From NCBI GenBank assembly GCA_009914755.4, contig CP068257.2, positions 44,608,001 through 44,672,000 on the forward strand: 64,000 nt of DNA, given 5' to 3'. The notes beneath the pieces are model-generated. The model had not been told where the DNA came from, ran no database searches, and saw nothing but the letters and a program-made list of their open reading frames with translations. This DNA is from the human T2T-CHM13v2.0 reference genome, Homo sapiens. This document shows positions 1 to 13,290 of this stretch, piece after piece. Both the position numbers and the translations under genes were made by a program. Within the stretch, counting starts at the first letter, position 1. Each line of letters starts with the position of its first letter.

Positions 1-262
1 GGAAAGGGAATCTCCCTTTCCCCGGGGGAGTTTAGAGAAGACTCTACTCCTCCACCTCTTGTGGACGGCCTGACATCAGTCAGGCCCACCCGCAGTTATC
101 CGGAGGCCTAACCATCTCCCTGTGATGCTGTGCTTCAGTGGTCACGCTCCTAGTCCACTTTCATGTTCCACCCTGTACACCTGGCTCTGCCTTTTAGATA
201 ACAGTAGCAAAATTAGTGAAAGTACTAAAAGTCTCTGATATGCAGAAATAATGGCATAAGCT

Positions 263-282
263 GTCTCTCTCTCTCTCTCTCC
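263..282. repeat. (CT)n microsatellite
   Basis: The sequence reads tctctctctctctctctctc. Confidence 0.9.
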
Positions 283-574
283 CACTCTCTGCCTCGGCTG
301 CCAGGCAGGGAAGAGCCCACTGTCCAGTGGACACGTGACCCATGTGACCTTACCTATCATTGGAGATGGCTCACACTCCTTACCCTGCCCCTTTGTCTTG
401 TATCCAATAAATATCAGCGCAGCCTGGCATTCAGGGCCACTACCGGTTTCCACGTCTTGGTGGTAGTGGTCCCCCGGGCCCAGCTGTCTTTTCTTTCATC
501 TCTCTGTCTTGTGTCTTTATTTCTACAATCTCTCATCTCCGCACACAGGGAGAAAAACCTACCGACCCTGTGGG

Positions 575-706
575 GCTGGACCCTACAGGAGGCTGAGGCA
601 GGAGAATCACTTGGACCCAGGAGGCAGAGGCTGCAACGAGCCAAAATTGTGCCATTGCACTCCAGCCTGGGGAACAAGAGCGAACGCTGTCTCAAAAAAA
701 AAAAAA
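575..706 (+). mobile_element. Alu fragment (right arm + A16 tail)
   Basis: Alu-consensus match. Confidence 0.8.
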
Positions 707-1918
707 AAATACAAAAAAACTCCAACTCACAGCCAGCCCACAGGAAGGGTCCCAGCCAGCTAAGCCCAGAGCCAAAGCAGCAAGAACAAACAACACAGTA
801 ATCCCCACTGACCAAGCACCACTGCATGCCTGACACTGTGCACATGACCAAACCTGATTCCAATCCTGTCACAGGTCAGGCTACAGAGGCAAAGTGGGGC
901 TGACCCATCTCCTGACCAACTCTATGTCATTGCCTTACCACGAGCCCTGAGAACAGTCTAAACAGGCCCTGATGGGGCCAAGGGAAGAAGAGCACCTTGA
1001 CTTCCCCTAAGGACAGGCCCTCAAATCCCAGGACAGAAAAACTCAATGCTGTACAGTCCAGGTGGCAGCAGGGCTAGAAGTCAAAGCAGAGATGGGGATC
1101 CCAGTGCTCCTCCTGCTAGTCTGGTTACCTGGAATAAATGTGCCTCAGCTTTCTAATGTATCTCATTAGGCTTATTCTAAGGACTAAAAGAAGAACAGGC
1201 CTTGAGCAGGGCTTGGCCTACAGTAAACACCATGGAACTGTTTTTAACGTTAAAGGCCAACTCTTCCCAAACTAACATATAAGCCTATTGCAACTTCATT
1301 TCAAGTCTGGGACAAAATCAGGATAAAGGCAATTTGGATGAGTAAATGAATAGACACAGGTAAGAGATGTTTTAAAAAGAAAGGCAACAAAGGTATATAA
1401 GGACTTTCTATCTATTACAAAGTCAGCGTAGTAAAAGAAAATGATGTATCAGTAAGAGTTATCACAGAAACAAAACCTATTTATGTAGGAATTCACGTCA
1501 TTGAAACAATGTGATTACAAGTCACTAGGGAAAAAAGTCCTATTGCATAAATTCATAGGAGGGAATTTCCCATTTTACAAGGCTGAGGATTTCTGTAGAG
1601 AAACACTCCCAGGATGCAAAATAGTCTTGTGTAGCCAAATCAGTTCAATACCCAGGCAGTCCAACTGCTATGCTCCTCCTACTCACCAGCCTGAACCTGA
1701 AGCTCTCCTGCAATAGCCCCGAGGAAGTTCACAGCAGATATCAGCTCCCCACCCACCACTCTGCCCACCTACAGCCCCTTGGCATAGGCTGGGCCTTCCA
1801 CCTGGAATGTCCATCCCATCCTGTACTGAGACTTCAAAGCCCACCTTCCTCCTCCCTCAAGGCAACACAGAGCCCTAGAGAACCACTTGCTTCTCTTATC
1901 AGAGAGCCTGTCACCCTA

Positions 1919-2317
<399 letters not shown>

Positions 2318-2952
2318 TCACATACAGCCCAAGTCAAAACAGTGAATGTAAATTACTTTAAAAGTTTCAGCTGTTTCCATCAAAAGTCTGAAACTCTTTG
2401 ATGAGAGCATCACACCTCAGCAAAGTAAAAGAACAGCTGCACATTTTCGTTGCTTTATTTGCCAGTCATGTATTCTTCACAACTTCTCCAAGATGTCTGG
2501 AATAAACCAGGCACCCAGACTGTAGGGTGGGGCACGGGTGCCGACCTGGGCCTGGGACTCGGGCCTCTCAAAGAGGGCCCAAGGGGCGGCACAGCCTTTC
2601 CCTCGGTGGCCGGGGCTCGGCAGGAGACCCTGTTTACACTGCAGACTCTGACGACCAAAATCTCTTACAATGCACACAACTAAGACAGTGGATCCAAACA
2701 CTTTTTGTGAATAAAAACAAAGTTACAACTATCTTTGCAACTCTCCTATAAGTCAAAAATTATCTCAAAATAAGGTGCTAAAAAATAAAACATTAGGAGT
2801 CTCCTATGCGTGGTTTAGAGATGAAGGGGCTGAAGCGGAGGGGCCCGCGAACGCAGTTCCCGTGGGCGCTCGCCTTGGGGATGGGCGTCGCTGGCCGGGT
2901 CCTCCCACCCGCCTTTCTGAGAGAAAACGTGCTCCTCACGGCTCACCCCTCA

Positions 2953-3174
<222 letters not shown>

Positions 3175-3289
3175 TCAGCGACCCAGGCCCCGCCCCAACG
3201 CCGGCCGCCGGCCCACTGCCCCAGTCGCGCTCTCCTCAGCACCTAGGACCACCCCGCATTCGTCAGGAGCCCGGGGCGAGGGGACTCAC

Positions 3290-3303
3290 GTGCCCTCCGT
3301 CAT
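3290..3303 (-). CDS. LSS: Lanosterol synthase coding exon 1 (ATG at 3303-3301; encodes MTEG plus 2 nt; 5'UTR extends a few tens of nt upstream toward ~3370)
   Basis: The minus strand reads ATGACGGAGGGCAC followed by donor gtgagt at 3289-3284. Joining to the next exon gives [27 protein letters not shown], the LSS N-terminus. It lies in a CpG island with GC boxes just upstream. Confidence 0.85.
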
Positions 3304-3362
3304 TGCTGCTGCAGTGCTCTACGCCGCCCACTGCCAGCTGCCAGATGTCCGCACCCGGGACC

Positions 3363-3408
3363 TGCCGCCCAGCCCCGCCCCTCCCGCCCCTCCCGCCCCT
3401 CCCGCGCG
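3363..3408 (-). promoter_or_regulatory. LSS: Three tandem GC boxes (GGGGCGGGAGG ×3 on LSS sense strand), Sp1-type core promoter elements ~60-100 nt upstream of LSS ATG
   Basis: The plus strand reads ccccgcccctcccgcccctcccgcccctcccgcgcgc. Confidence 0.7.
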
Positions 3409-3534
3409 CACTACGCAGGCGCAGGCCTCGGCAGGCGCTCAGGCTTAGGTGGGCCGACGCCCACGCAACCAATCAGAGCGCCGCGAGCGTGACCCCGGGG
3501 TGTGCCAGGCGACCACAGTGGTGGAGCGCTTGGT

Positions 3535-3821
3535 GCCCCATGCGGCGTGGGGCGGGGCCTGAGGGAGCGGGGATGGTGGGTGAAGGCGACGGGACGGGGG
3601 AGGCGGGTGGGGCCTTATTGGCGGGGCATGAGGGGCGGGGCTGGTGGGTGGGGAGGTGGGGGCGGGGCTGGTGGGTGGGGAGGTGGGGGCGGGGGCTGGT
3701 GGGTGCGGGTGGGTGCGGGGCTGGTGGGTGGGGCCGAAGGGCGGGGGCGGGGGCGGGGCCTCTCGCGCGCCCTCTAGAGGCTTGCGTCCCGGGAGCCCGG
3801 CCTCGTGCGCCGCGCTTTGAG
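3535..3821 (+). ncRNA. MCM3AP-AS1: Putative first exon of divergent antisense lncRNA (MCM3AP-AS1), ending at donor GAG|gtgagc (3821/3822)
   Basis: Inference from established knowledge that an antisense lncRNA starts divergently from the LSS promoter, plus the consensus donor seen at 3822. The TSS was not determined. Confidence 0.25.
3630..3760 (+). repeat. G-rich tandem repeat (~28-bp unit GGGAGGTGGGGGCGGGGCTGGTGGGTGG ×3-4 plus GGGCGGGGGCGGGGGCGGGGCC), with G-quadruplex-forming potential on the plus strand
   Basis: Direct repeats are visible at 3640-3760, giving a run of G3+ tracts. Confidence 0.7.
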
Positions 3822-5477
3822 GTGAGCCTCTCTGAGAAATTTGTGAGGAGGGTCCAGCCGCGGGTCGGAAGGAAGGACGTGGGGAGCGAGGCTCGAGCGA
3901 GCGACAGCGAGTGCGAAGGTCGGGTGGCAGGGAATTGCTCTCGCGCTGCAGGATTTGCCCGGACGCCGGGGCCGGGGGTGGGGGCGGGAGGCCGCCCTGA
4001 GGTGAGGTGGGCGCGGGCCGTCGGCTCCAGTGCGAGACCAGGGGGAGGGCGGGGCGGAGCGGAGGAGCCGAGGGCGCCGCCGGCGTCCCTGGGAAGCTGA
4101 GCGCCGCGTAGCTTCGCCGGGGGGAGTGGGGTAGGCGCGGTGAGGCCGTGGGCCCCCACACCTGGCGGACCACAGGGGCCAGAAGCCCTGGAGCCCCGCC
4201 AGGGAAGGGCTGCGTCGCTGGCCAGGACCGAGCGCGGTAGAGCCTCAGCTGCTCACGGGGTCGCTGGAGTTGGGGGTGGCCCCAGGAGAAATTAAAGGTG
4301 AAAAGCCTTAGCAGCAGAGGGAAGAGGAAGATGGAGGCAGAGCGAGTGACCGAACTTGGAAGGGACAGCCGGGCGCAACAGGGCAGGGGGGCGTCTGACT
4401 GTTGGAAACATGGCTGACGTCTGGAGGCTGCAGCCAGTGGTCCGTAAGTCAGGTCAAGGACCCACAGAAGACCCCAGCATGTCTTCACCTGGCCCACAGA
4501 AGCCCTGACATCCAGTTACAACTGCCCCAGCCTAGTGAGCATTTCGGCACCCACTCCTTAATTCCTACCCCCAGCCTAACTTCGAAGGGGCGGTGAGCCA
4601 CAGCAAGCCGGAGGAGAAAGTTGGAAGAGAGAGTGGACAAAAGAATACCCACAGGCACCTTCCCCACAGTGGAATAGCGGGGTTTTAGACAATCAAGGAT
4701 AATCACCTCTTCCTATCCCAGTTCAGAAACGGATGAAAAAGACACAGCAATAAGATGGGTGGGTATCAAAATATCAGCTTTGCCACAAATTAAAAACCTA
4801 GCTTGAAGGACAAGGCTTAAATCTGCAAGCAAGAGGGCAAGCTACTAAATCACCCGTAAGTCAGACAAACATATCCCCCAGCCTCTAGGCCATGAAACTG
4901 CCTCACCAAGCACTATGCAATTGAGTGCCCACCAGAAGACACCCCTCCAGTCAACCCACAGACCCCAGAAAGAGTACCCAGAGGAGCCTGAGCACACTCC
5001 ACCCTATCTGTTCTCTGAAATTCAATCAAATGAGTCACTCTACTTCTCTGGAAGCAGAAAGAGGCTGGAAGTTTTTCTCCAGGTAAGTTCCTCCATGTAG
5101 AAACATGAAGAATAGGGATAAGGGGCTTCAGCCTGGATGGAATCTCACACTGAACCTGGCAAAGCTAGGTGAGGGAAGAGGTTTCAACTGGATAAGAGTT
5201 TGAGTTTTGATATCTTAATGGACTGGACTTTTTATGAGTAAAATAATCCGCTCTTTTTAATGTCTGAAAGAAAAGAAAAAGCTGTAAACTACGTCTGAGA
5301 ATTGACACAGTTAAGCTTCTAGGGGCAGTCATGAGAAAAAACACTGTTCCTATCTGCTTACATACTACTGCATCCAGCTTATTCATTAAGCCAGATACAG
5401 AAGGCTCTGAGGATTTTGGCCTCAACAACTGGGTATATGGTGGTGGTCATTTACTAAAATAGAGGTGTCTTTTATTT

Positions 5478-5783
<306 letters not shown>

Positions 5784-8700
5784 TGATTGGAAAATTCAGA
5801 TTAAAGTGGGGACAAGTTATACTAGAGATGCTTATTAGACATTCAAGTGAAATATTGAGTAGGCTGGCATTCAGGAGAGAACATAATGCTAGAGATAGGA
5901 ATTTGGGAGTCATTTGCTTTCAGGTAGTATTTGAAATCATGAGATTGGACAAGATGAATTAGGAAATGCACATAAAAAAGAGAAGTTCTAGAATGAGCCC
6001 TGGGGCACCGACCTTTTCCAGTATAGAGGAATGGCCAGAGAGAGGAGGAAAACCAGAGGAATATGAAGTCATAATATAAGTGAAGACATGGTGATCTTTG
6101 CTGAGGCTTTGAAGGGATTGCAAAATGAAGACAGAATTTATTATTGGATGCAACAAAACAATGTATTGGTGACTGACAAGAGCTATCTAAAGAGACATGG
6201 GGGGAAAAGCCTAATGGCAGAATTTTGAAAGAAATTTTCAGTTAAACATGGCAGACTGAGCATAAACATTAACCTCCATTTCCTGCCCAAACCCTACTCA
6301 CATAAAGTAATAAAAGACCAAAAAAACCCCACAAAGAATGGGAGAGGAGACACTAGTAAGCAAGAGAAGTCAACAAAATTATAGAGACTGGGAATGGATG
6401 GAGAAGTGATAACTGAGTTAGCTAGAGAAAGTTGAGACTTACGTTTGTGGGTGAAGCCAACAAGAGACCATTCCTGCCAGCAAATACCAGGAAGGTGCAG
6501 AAATTGGAATAACTGGTGGAAAATTTTTGTGAGGAACAGTATGACCATAGATCCCCTCTCCTACTTGGGTGGAGGAAGTCTCCCGTAGTTGAATCAGAGT
6601 AGGTGTTACCTCAGGCATGAGGCATAGCTGAGGACCACTGAAAGCAGACAGATTGAGTTAAAGTCTACACATGTGGGTCCAGGCTCACTTCTCCCACTTA
6701 GCCAGATAGCATGAGATAGTGGGAGGATCCCTCTGGAGCAGCTGGCCCACAAGAGTCCTGCAAACACTGGCAACTATGACCTAGTAGAAAAACAAACCTA
6801 TTAGCTGGCAGACTGTACCCATTGACAGTTTCCAACAAGCACCATCATCAGCATGAGCCAGACATTTGGGGAAAACAGTGCAACATTACCTCCAGCCATG
6901 CAAGTGATCCATCTTGGACCACTGACCCAGTCAAGCCTTCAGATGACTATAACCTCAGCCAATACCTGACTGCAGCTGCATGAGAGATCCCAACAGAAAG
7001 CTGCCCAGCTGAATCCTCCTCAAATTTAAGCTACTATATTTGGGGTAATTTGTTCAATAGCAACAAAAAAACTAGAAAAAAGGACTACAAAGTGCCCAGC
7101 ACAATAAATTGGGCAGGGGTTGGGGAGGGAATGGGGAGGCAACATATGAAGTAATGTCATTGAGAAATTTGAGAACACCAGGAATAGAGGTGATCTCAAA
7201 AATTTCCAGCAACAAAAAAAGCAAAAACACAAAGGAACGATTTCCAATCTAAAATTCTATTCTCATTCAAATGATGAATCAAACGTAAGGATAGATAAGT
7301 CCAAAAAACAAAAAAAAACCATTTCTTTACTCTCACAACATCCTTTTGGCACCAGATGTAGAGAATTTCTCCCCACCGACAAGCAAGCATTCAGCTGTAC
7401 AGCAGACACCAGCTGGGTATCCGCTTCAATCCTGCACCGTCTACCTGGAGATAGCAGCAGATCACACAAGTTGAGGACTCTGTGCCGCAAGACTGAGCCC
7501 CATGTCCAGTGTCAATCACAAGCCCCAGGTTGTTTTACCTGTCCTTCTGGGTTCCCAAGACCCCTTCCTTGGCTTTAATTTACAAGAGCAGTTCACAGAA
7601 CTCAGGGAAACACATGTTTATTACAAGGCTATTTTAAAGGCTACAAATAGCCAGATGAAAAGATACACAGGATGAAGCCTAGAAGAGTCCCAAGAGCAGG
7701 AGCTTCTGTCTGCAAGGAGTTGCGAAGTGCCATTCTCTCAGCATGTGGACGTGTTCTTGTCCACCTTCCTGGAAGCCCCCACACATTTGGCTATCCACAA
7801 GCTCTCTGAACCCTGTCCTTTTGGGTTTTTAGGAGCCCTCATTACATAGGCATGATTGATTAAATCATTGGCCACTGGCGATCAACGTCACTTTCAGTCC
7901 CTCTCCCCCAACCTCTGGGAGTTTGGGGGGTGGGCTGAAAGTTTCAACCCCTCTAATCATGCCCTGGTCTTTCAGATGTCCAGTCCCTATCCTGAAGCTA
8001 CATAGGAGCTGTCCGCCATCAGTCATCTTACTAGCATACAAAAAGACATCACTTTAGAGATCCCAAGGATTTTAGGAGTTGTATATCAGAAGGCAGAGAC
8101 AAAGACCAGATATATATTTGATAATATTACAGTAGAAATAAAGACATTTTAGATATTCAAGCTCAGGAGGCTACTAAAGGACAGGCTCCATCAAGAAGAG
8201 AAAACCAAGCAAGAGGAAAATATGATTCAGAATCCAGGAAATGTCCAAGTTATGGCAAGAAGACAGGGGGTTCTCAGGAACATCTCGAAGAGAAAGTGGA
8301 GCATATTACCTGATGCACATGACTTTGTTGGGAAGAGCTTTACATTTAGGGCAGCGACTTTTGGGTAAAGTAGTGACAAGAGCATAGAAAACCAAGCAAA
8401 TGAGAAAAACAATGTAATTAACTCCAGGAAAAATCAAAAGTTGTACCTAAAGGAAATGTAATCATAAACCAATAAAGGGCTCAACAGGAAATGGTAAACA
8501 TACAGTTATACTAAACTGTGAATGCAGGTTTCAGCCAATATCAAACTGCTTAGGGAGACTAATAGGAGAGGAAATGTGGGTGTCGAGGGTGGGGGTGATA
8601 ATATGTTGTGGGAAAGACAGTGTAAGAGAAGCTAACTCCTCTTCCATTGTAGGAAGTCAACAATGTCAAGTCAAGATTAAGAAATAGCATTATTTAAGTC

Positions 8701-9289
8701 TTTACATGAAGCTAATCACTAAAGATCCCTGAGTTGAGTAGTGTGTGTTTGGAGAAGCAGGGATTGATTTGGTGGAGGAAGAGGTTCTCTTCTTAGTGCT
8801 GTTGTTTTCTCAGTGAAATAAGGAGGACATGATCTAAGAATGTTGGAGGTTTGAAGAGAATGAGAAGACATGAAATAGAGTCTGGGGATGTAGGATTACA
8901 GTCAGGAGATGCTGAGTGCCAGTTTAAGATTGGTGGTCATACGCAACATCACCAAGTCTATTAATACCTCTTTCTGTATATGGCTCAAATTTTATCCCCT
9001 CTCTTCACACCAATTGCTAACAAACTCAGGCTTATTCCCTTTGAATTTCACCTGGATGGCTGCAGCACCCACCTCTCAAGATTCCTGCCCTACATGCCAT
9101 TCTTAAAAGAAAATGTGACCAGATCACTTCTCTGCCTAATCTTCAACAACGGGTTCTCACAGCTCTCAGAAGAAGGTGACAAGAATCTCTGACCTCACCC
9201 TGCTGGCCTGTTCCCCTCACCTGGCCACACAACCAAGCTGGTACCTCCACGCTTTCATCATGTCCTCTCAAGTACACTGTCTCCAGCTA

Positions 9290-9545
9290 CACCCCTGCAC
9301 TCCTCTCCGGGAATTCTGTTTCTCCTCTACCCAACCAGACCCTGTTCCATCCTCTGTTTTTTCCTTGCTACCAATTCAGGCCCACGCCTCATGCACATTC
9401 TCTGAGAATTATGTACATAAGTACCTGACTCTCCTGGATGTAAGCTGGGTGGGCTTAGCAGGCAGAGGCCCTGTGTCTTACTTTATCTCTGCATCACTGA
9501 TGTCTGGCACATCAAGGACTGCAAGTTTGCTGAGAGAATGAATCG
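9290..9545 (+). mobile_element. Probable MIR (ancient SINE) remnant; 3' end …TCTGGCACATCAAGGACTGCAAGTTTGCTGAGAGAATGAATC resembles MIR core/tail (…CTGGCACATAGTAGGTGCTCAATAAATGTTTGTTGAATGAATGAA)
   Basis: Pattern similarity only. Confidence 0.35.
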
Positions 9546-9701
9546 CCTTTTATACATGGAAATGTAAGCTCTAAACTGCCTCAGAGCATATGCTGGTGGG
9601 TGACAATCTGAGGAGGTCATGAATATAGGAGAATATTGAAGAGGTCACACAGGGGAAACAACTTTTCCTTATGAAAAACTGGGAGACTGACATTTAAATG
9701 G

Positions 9702-9707
9702 TTTATC
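9702..9707 (-). terminator. MCM3AP: Candidate MCM3AP poly(A) signal, non-canonical GATAAA (reverse complement of tttatc); no AATAAA/ATTAAA found in the ~300 nt after the stop
   Basis: It is the only AAUAAA-like hexamer downstream of the stop codon on the minus strand. The implied cleavage site is ~9680-9690. Confidence 0.4.
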
Positions 9708-9822
9708 TGCATGATTAAATTAATCACATTTCCAACAGTGCATCAAGCATCTGAGAATAACATTATTTTGAGTAAAAACAGAAACTCTTCGGGAGAGACC
9801 CCCTCCCCACAGGTCAGGCTGC

Positions 9823-9981
9823 TCAAATGTCCACCATGTCTAGCAGCGCAGAGAGATGGAGCTCAGAGGCAACTTCCTCTTCCCTTGAACTCCGGATCAG
9901 CCTTTCCAGGTGCTTTAGTCGTTCGCCTAGACACGTTCCTGTCGCCTCTGACAGCTGCAGTTGCTCCCTCATCATGTCACT
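9823..9981 (-). CDS. MCM3AP: MCM3AP coding exon 28 / terminal (159 nt incl. stop; [52 protein letters not shown]); 3'UTR continues to ~9680
   Basis: Hand translation of the reverse complement. It has a strong polypyrimidine acceptor, ttcttttttattcaaatag|AGT, and the stop TGA at 9825-9823. The total spliced CDS is 5943 nt. Confidence 0.9.
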
Positions 9982-10229
9982 CTATTTGAATAAAAAAGAA
10001 ACTGAACAGTTTTGGGATGTCAATAAACCACGACCTATCTCTGGGAAGGTACTAGATCTGGATCATGTTAGAAACCTCATCTGAGTAGTCATTTATTTTT
10101 ACAGAGGGAAAAAAATTATCCTTTGTATATCCTTCCAGCCTCATTTAGCTCGTACATTCAGCTGGTATCTGTATATAGACTGTTTGCCTTTGTATTCTAT
10201 CATGAACAATTTCCAGTGTCAGTCATTTT

Positions 10230-10521
<292 letters not shown>

Positions 10522-11384
10522 TGAATTATTCTATCACATGAATGTGTTATAATTGTTTAATCAGACTCCCATCTTCGGATATTTATTCTGTTTCGACTTT
10601 CATACAATAATGCTACAGTAAACATTTTTATACATTAATTTTTGGGGAATATCTGGTAGGTCAGAATTCTTTAGGTTAGAATTGGTAATTCAAAGGGTAT
10701 GAATATTTTTAAAGTATTTGCCAAACTGATGAATGGAAACAGTACATCATTTTAATTTGCTTTTCTCCTCTATTGAAGGACTTCCTAAAGCCAGTCCAGG
10801 AGCACAGTTTTTACCTGTTCAGTGGCACATATCTGTGATTGAAACTCTGTTTTTGCATCTTTAACCACTGAAGGAAGAATGGTAAGGTAAAAAGACCTTA
10901 GGCTTTGGAGCCAGTTGGATCTGGCTTTGAAAAGCAACCCTGACCACTCACTACTTGAACACTCTTGGGTGAGGCTCTTGACTTCTGGGAGCTTACCTTC
11001 CTCATTCATTAGTTTTCCTCAGGAAAAATTAATCCCAGAAGAGAGGTCTGGGTAATGCCAAAGCTCAGACAATATGTGCTCCAACAGAAGCTGCTGTCAT
11101 CACCTTAATGCCCTTAATTACACATCAGCACACAGTTACAGGTCTTATTCAGTTCTTAAGAATATTTCAATTCTATTCTTCATTTATTTCGTAGGCAGAA
11201 ACTCAAAATCAGTTGGGTCTCTTTAACAATGATATGGATAAAGTTTAAGAAAAGGTCTAATTTGAGCTAATAATTTGTCGGTCATCAAAACATCATAGGA
11301 TAAATCGTGATATTACTTTTTTCCCCAGCCATTCTCTCAATCTTTAATTCTTACGTAAATGCCAAATGTATACGTTCTTCTCAC

Positions 11385-11535
11385 CTGTGGGCTAGTAGTT
11401 ACAGATGTTTTCATCACAGGTTCAATAGTGTGAGAAAGAGACACTAGAGTCTGAGGAAGATAGAGGGGAAGGGAAGTTAAATCCGTAAATGCTCCTGAGT
11501 CTTCAGACAACCATTGCTGAAGCTGATCTTCAAAC
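11385..11535 (-). CDS. MCM3AP: MCM3AP coding exon 27 (151 nt; [51 protein letters not shown])
   Basis: Hand translation of the reverse complement of 11370-11545. The acceptor is gtttcag|G and the donor is CACAG|gtgaga. It is not in the ORF track. Confidence 0.88.
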
Positions 11536-11654
11536 CTGAAACAATATGTAATAAATTCAAAAATATTTGAGCATTAGGAAGTTAACTATTGTTCATTAAT
11601 CTTCTATATATACTTAAAAACTTTTTAAGCCTTTGCTTTTTTAAAATTTTATAT

Positions 11655-12256
<602 letters not shown>

Positions 12257-12374
12257 AGCCTTTGCTTTTTACTAAGAATATAACTAAGTTATGACATCAA
12301 CTGAGAAGCAGAAATGTACTTATTAAAAATTTAACAACTTCCTATGATAAAGCTTAATTTAAAAAAAAAAACTA

Positions 12375-12685
12375 GGCTGGGCTCGGTGGCTCATGCCTGT
12401 AATCCCAACACTTTGGGAGGCCGAGGCGGGCAGATCACCTGAGGTCAGGAGTTCAAGATCAGCCTGATCAACATGGTGAAACCCCGTCTCTACTAAAAAT
12501 ACAAAAATTAGCCAGGCATGGTGACACGTGCCTGTAATCCCAGCTACTTGGGAGGCTGAGGCAGGAGAACTGCCTGAACCCGGGAGGCGGAGGTTGCAGT
12601 GAGCCAGATCACGCCATTGCACTCCACCCAGGGCAACAAGAGCAAAACTCCATCTCAAAAAAAAAAAAAAAAAAATTAGAGAAAC
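12375..12685 (+). mobile_element. Alu
   Basis: Alu-consensus match plus poly-A; explains ORF 12359..12688(-). Confidence 0.9.
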
Positions 12686-12936
12686 CACTTCCCTTTAATT
12701 TATAAATCCAATTCCAATTTATATTTAATGAAAAAGGTGGTATTAATCCAAAAACAACTGCTTCGATGTGTTACTTAACATTACTTGTAATTGTCTTGTT
12801 TGGCTTATCTTATTTAATTTACTTTGGTTTTATGCATCTATAATTAATTCTTCTGACATTTTCCAAATGAGTGGATTGCTGCTTATAGCTTAAAATTAAC
12901 TCAAAATAATATCCCACTGCCACCTAACATACTCTA

Positions 12937-13290
<354 letters not shown>

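Noticed and set aside
3303-4497. Long ORFs 3303..4100(+) 265 aa, 3445..4497(-) 350 aa and 3473..4159(-) 228 aa
   Set aside because: They lie entirely in the LSS CpG island and G-rich tandem repeat. The translations are low-complexity Pro/Gly/Arg/Ala runs typical of GC-rich non-coding DNA. They have no splice context and overlap each other on both strands.
6290-9200. Intergenic block between LSS promoter and MCM3AP 3' end with several 60-120-aa ORFs (e.g. 9176..9541(+), 8909..9106(+))
   Set aside because: The sequence looks like degraded interspersed repeat (a possible MIR at 9290-9545, and unclassified elements at 6290-7340). The ORFs are short with no Kozak or splice support. I could not classify the repeats confidently, so they are not listed as features.
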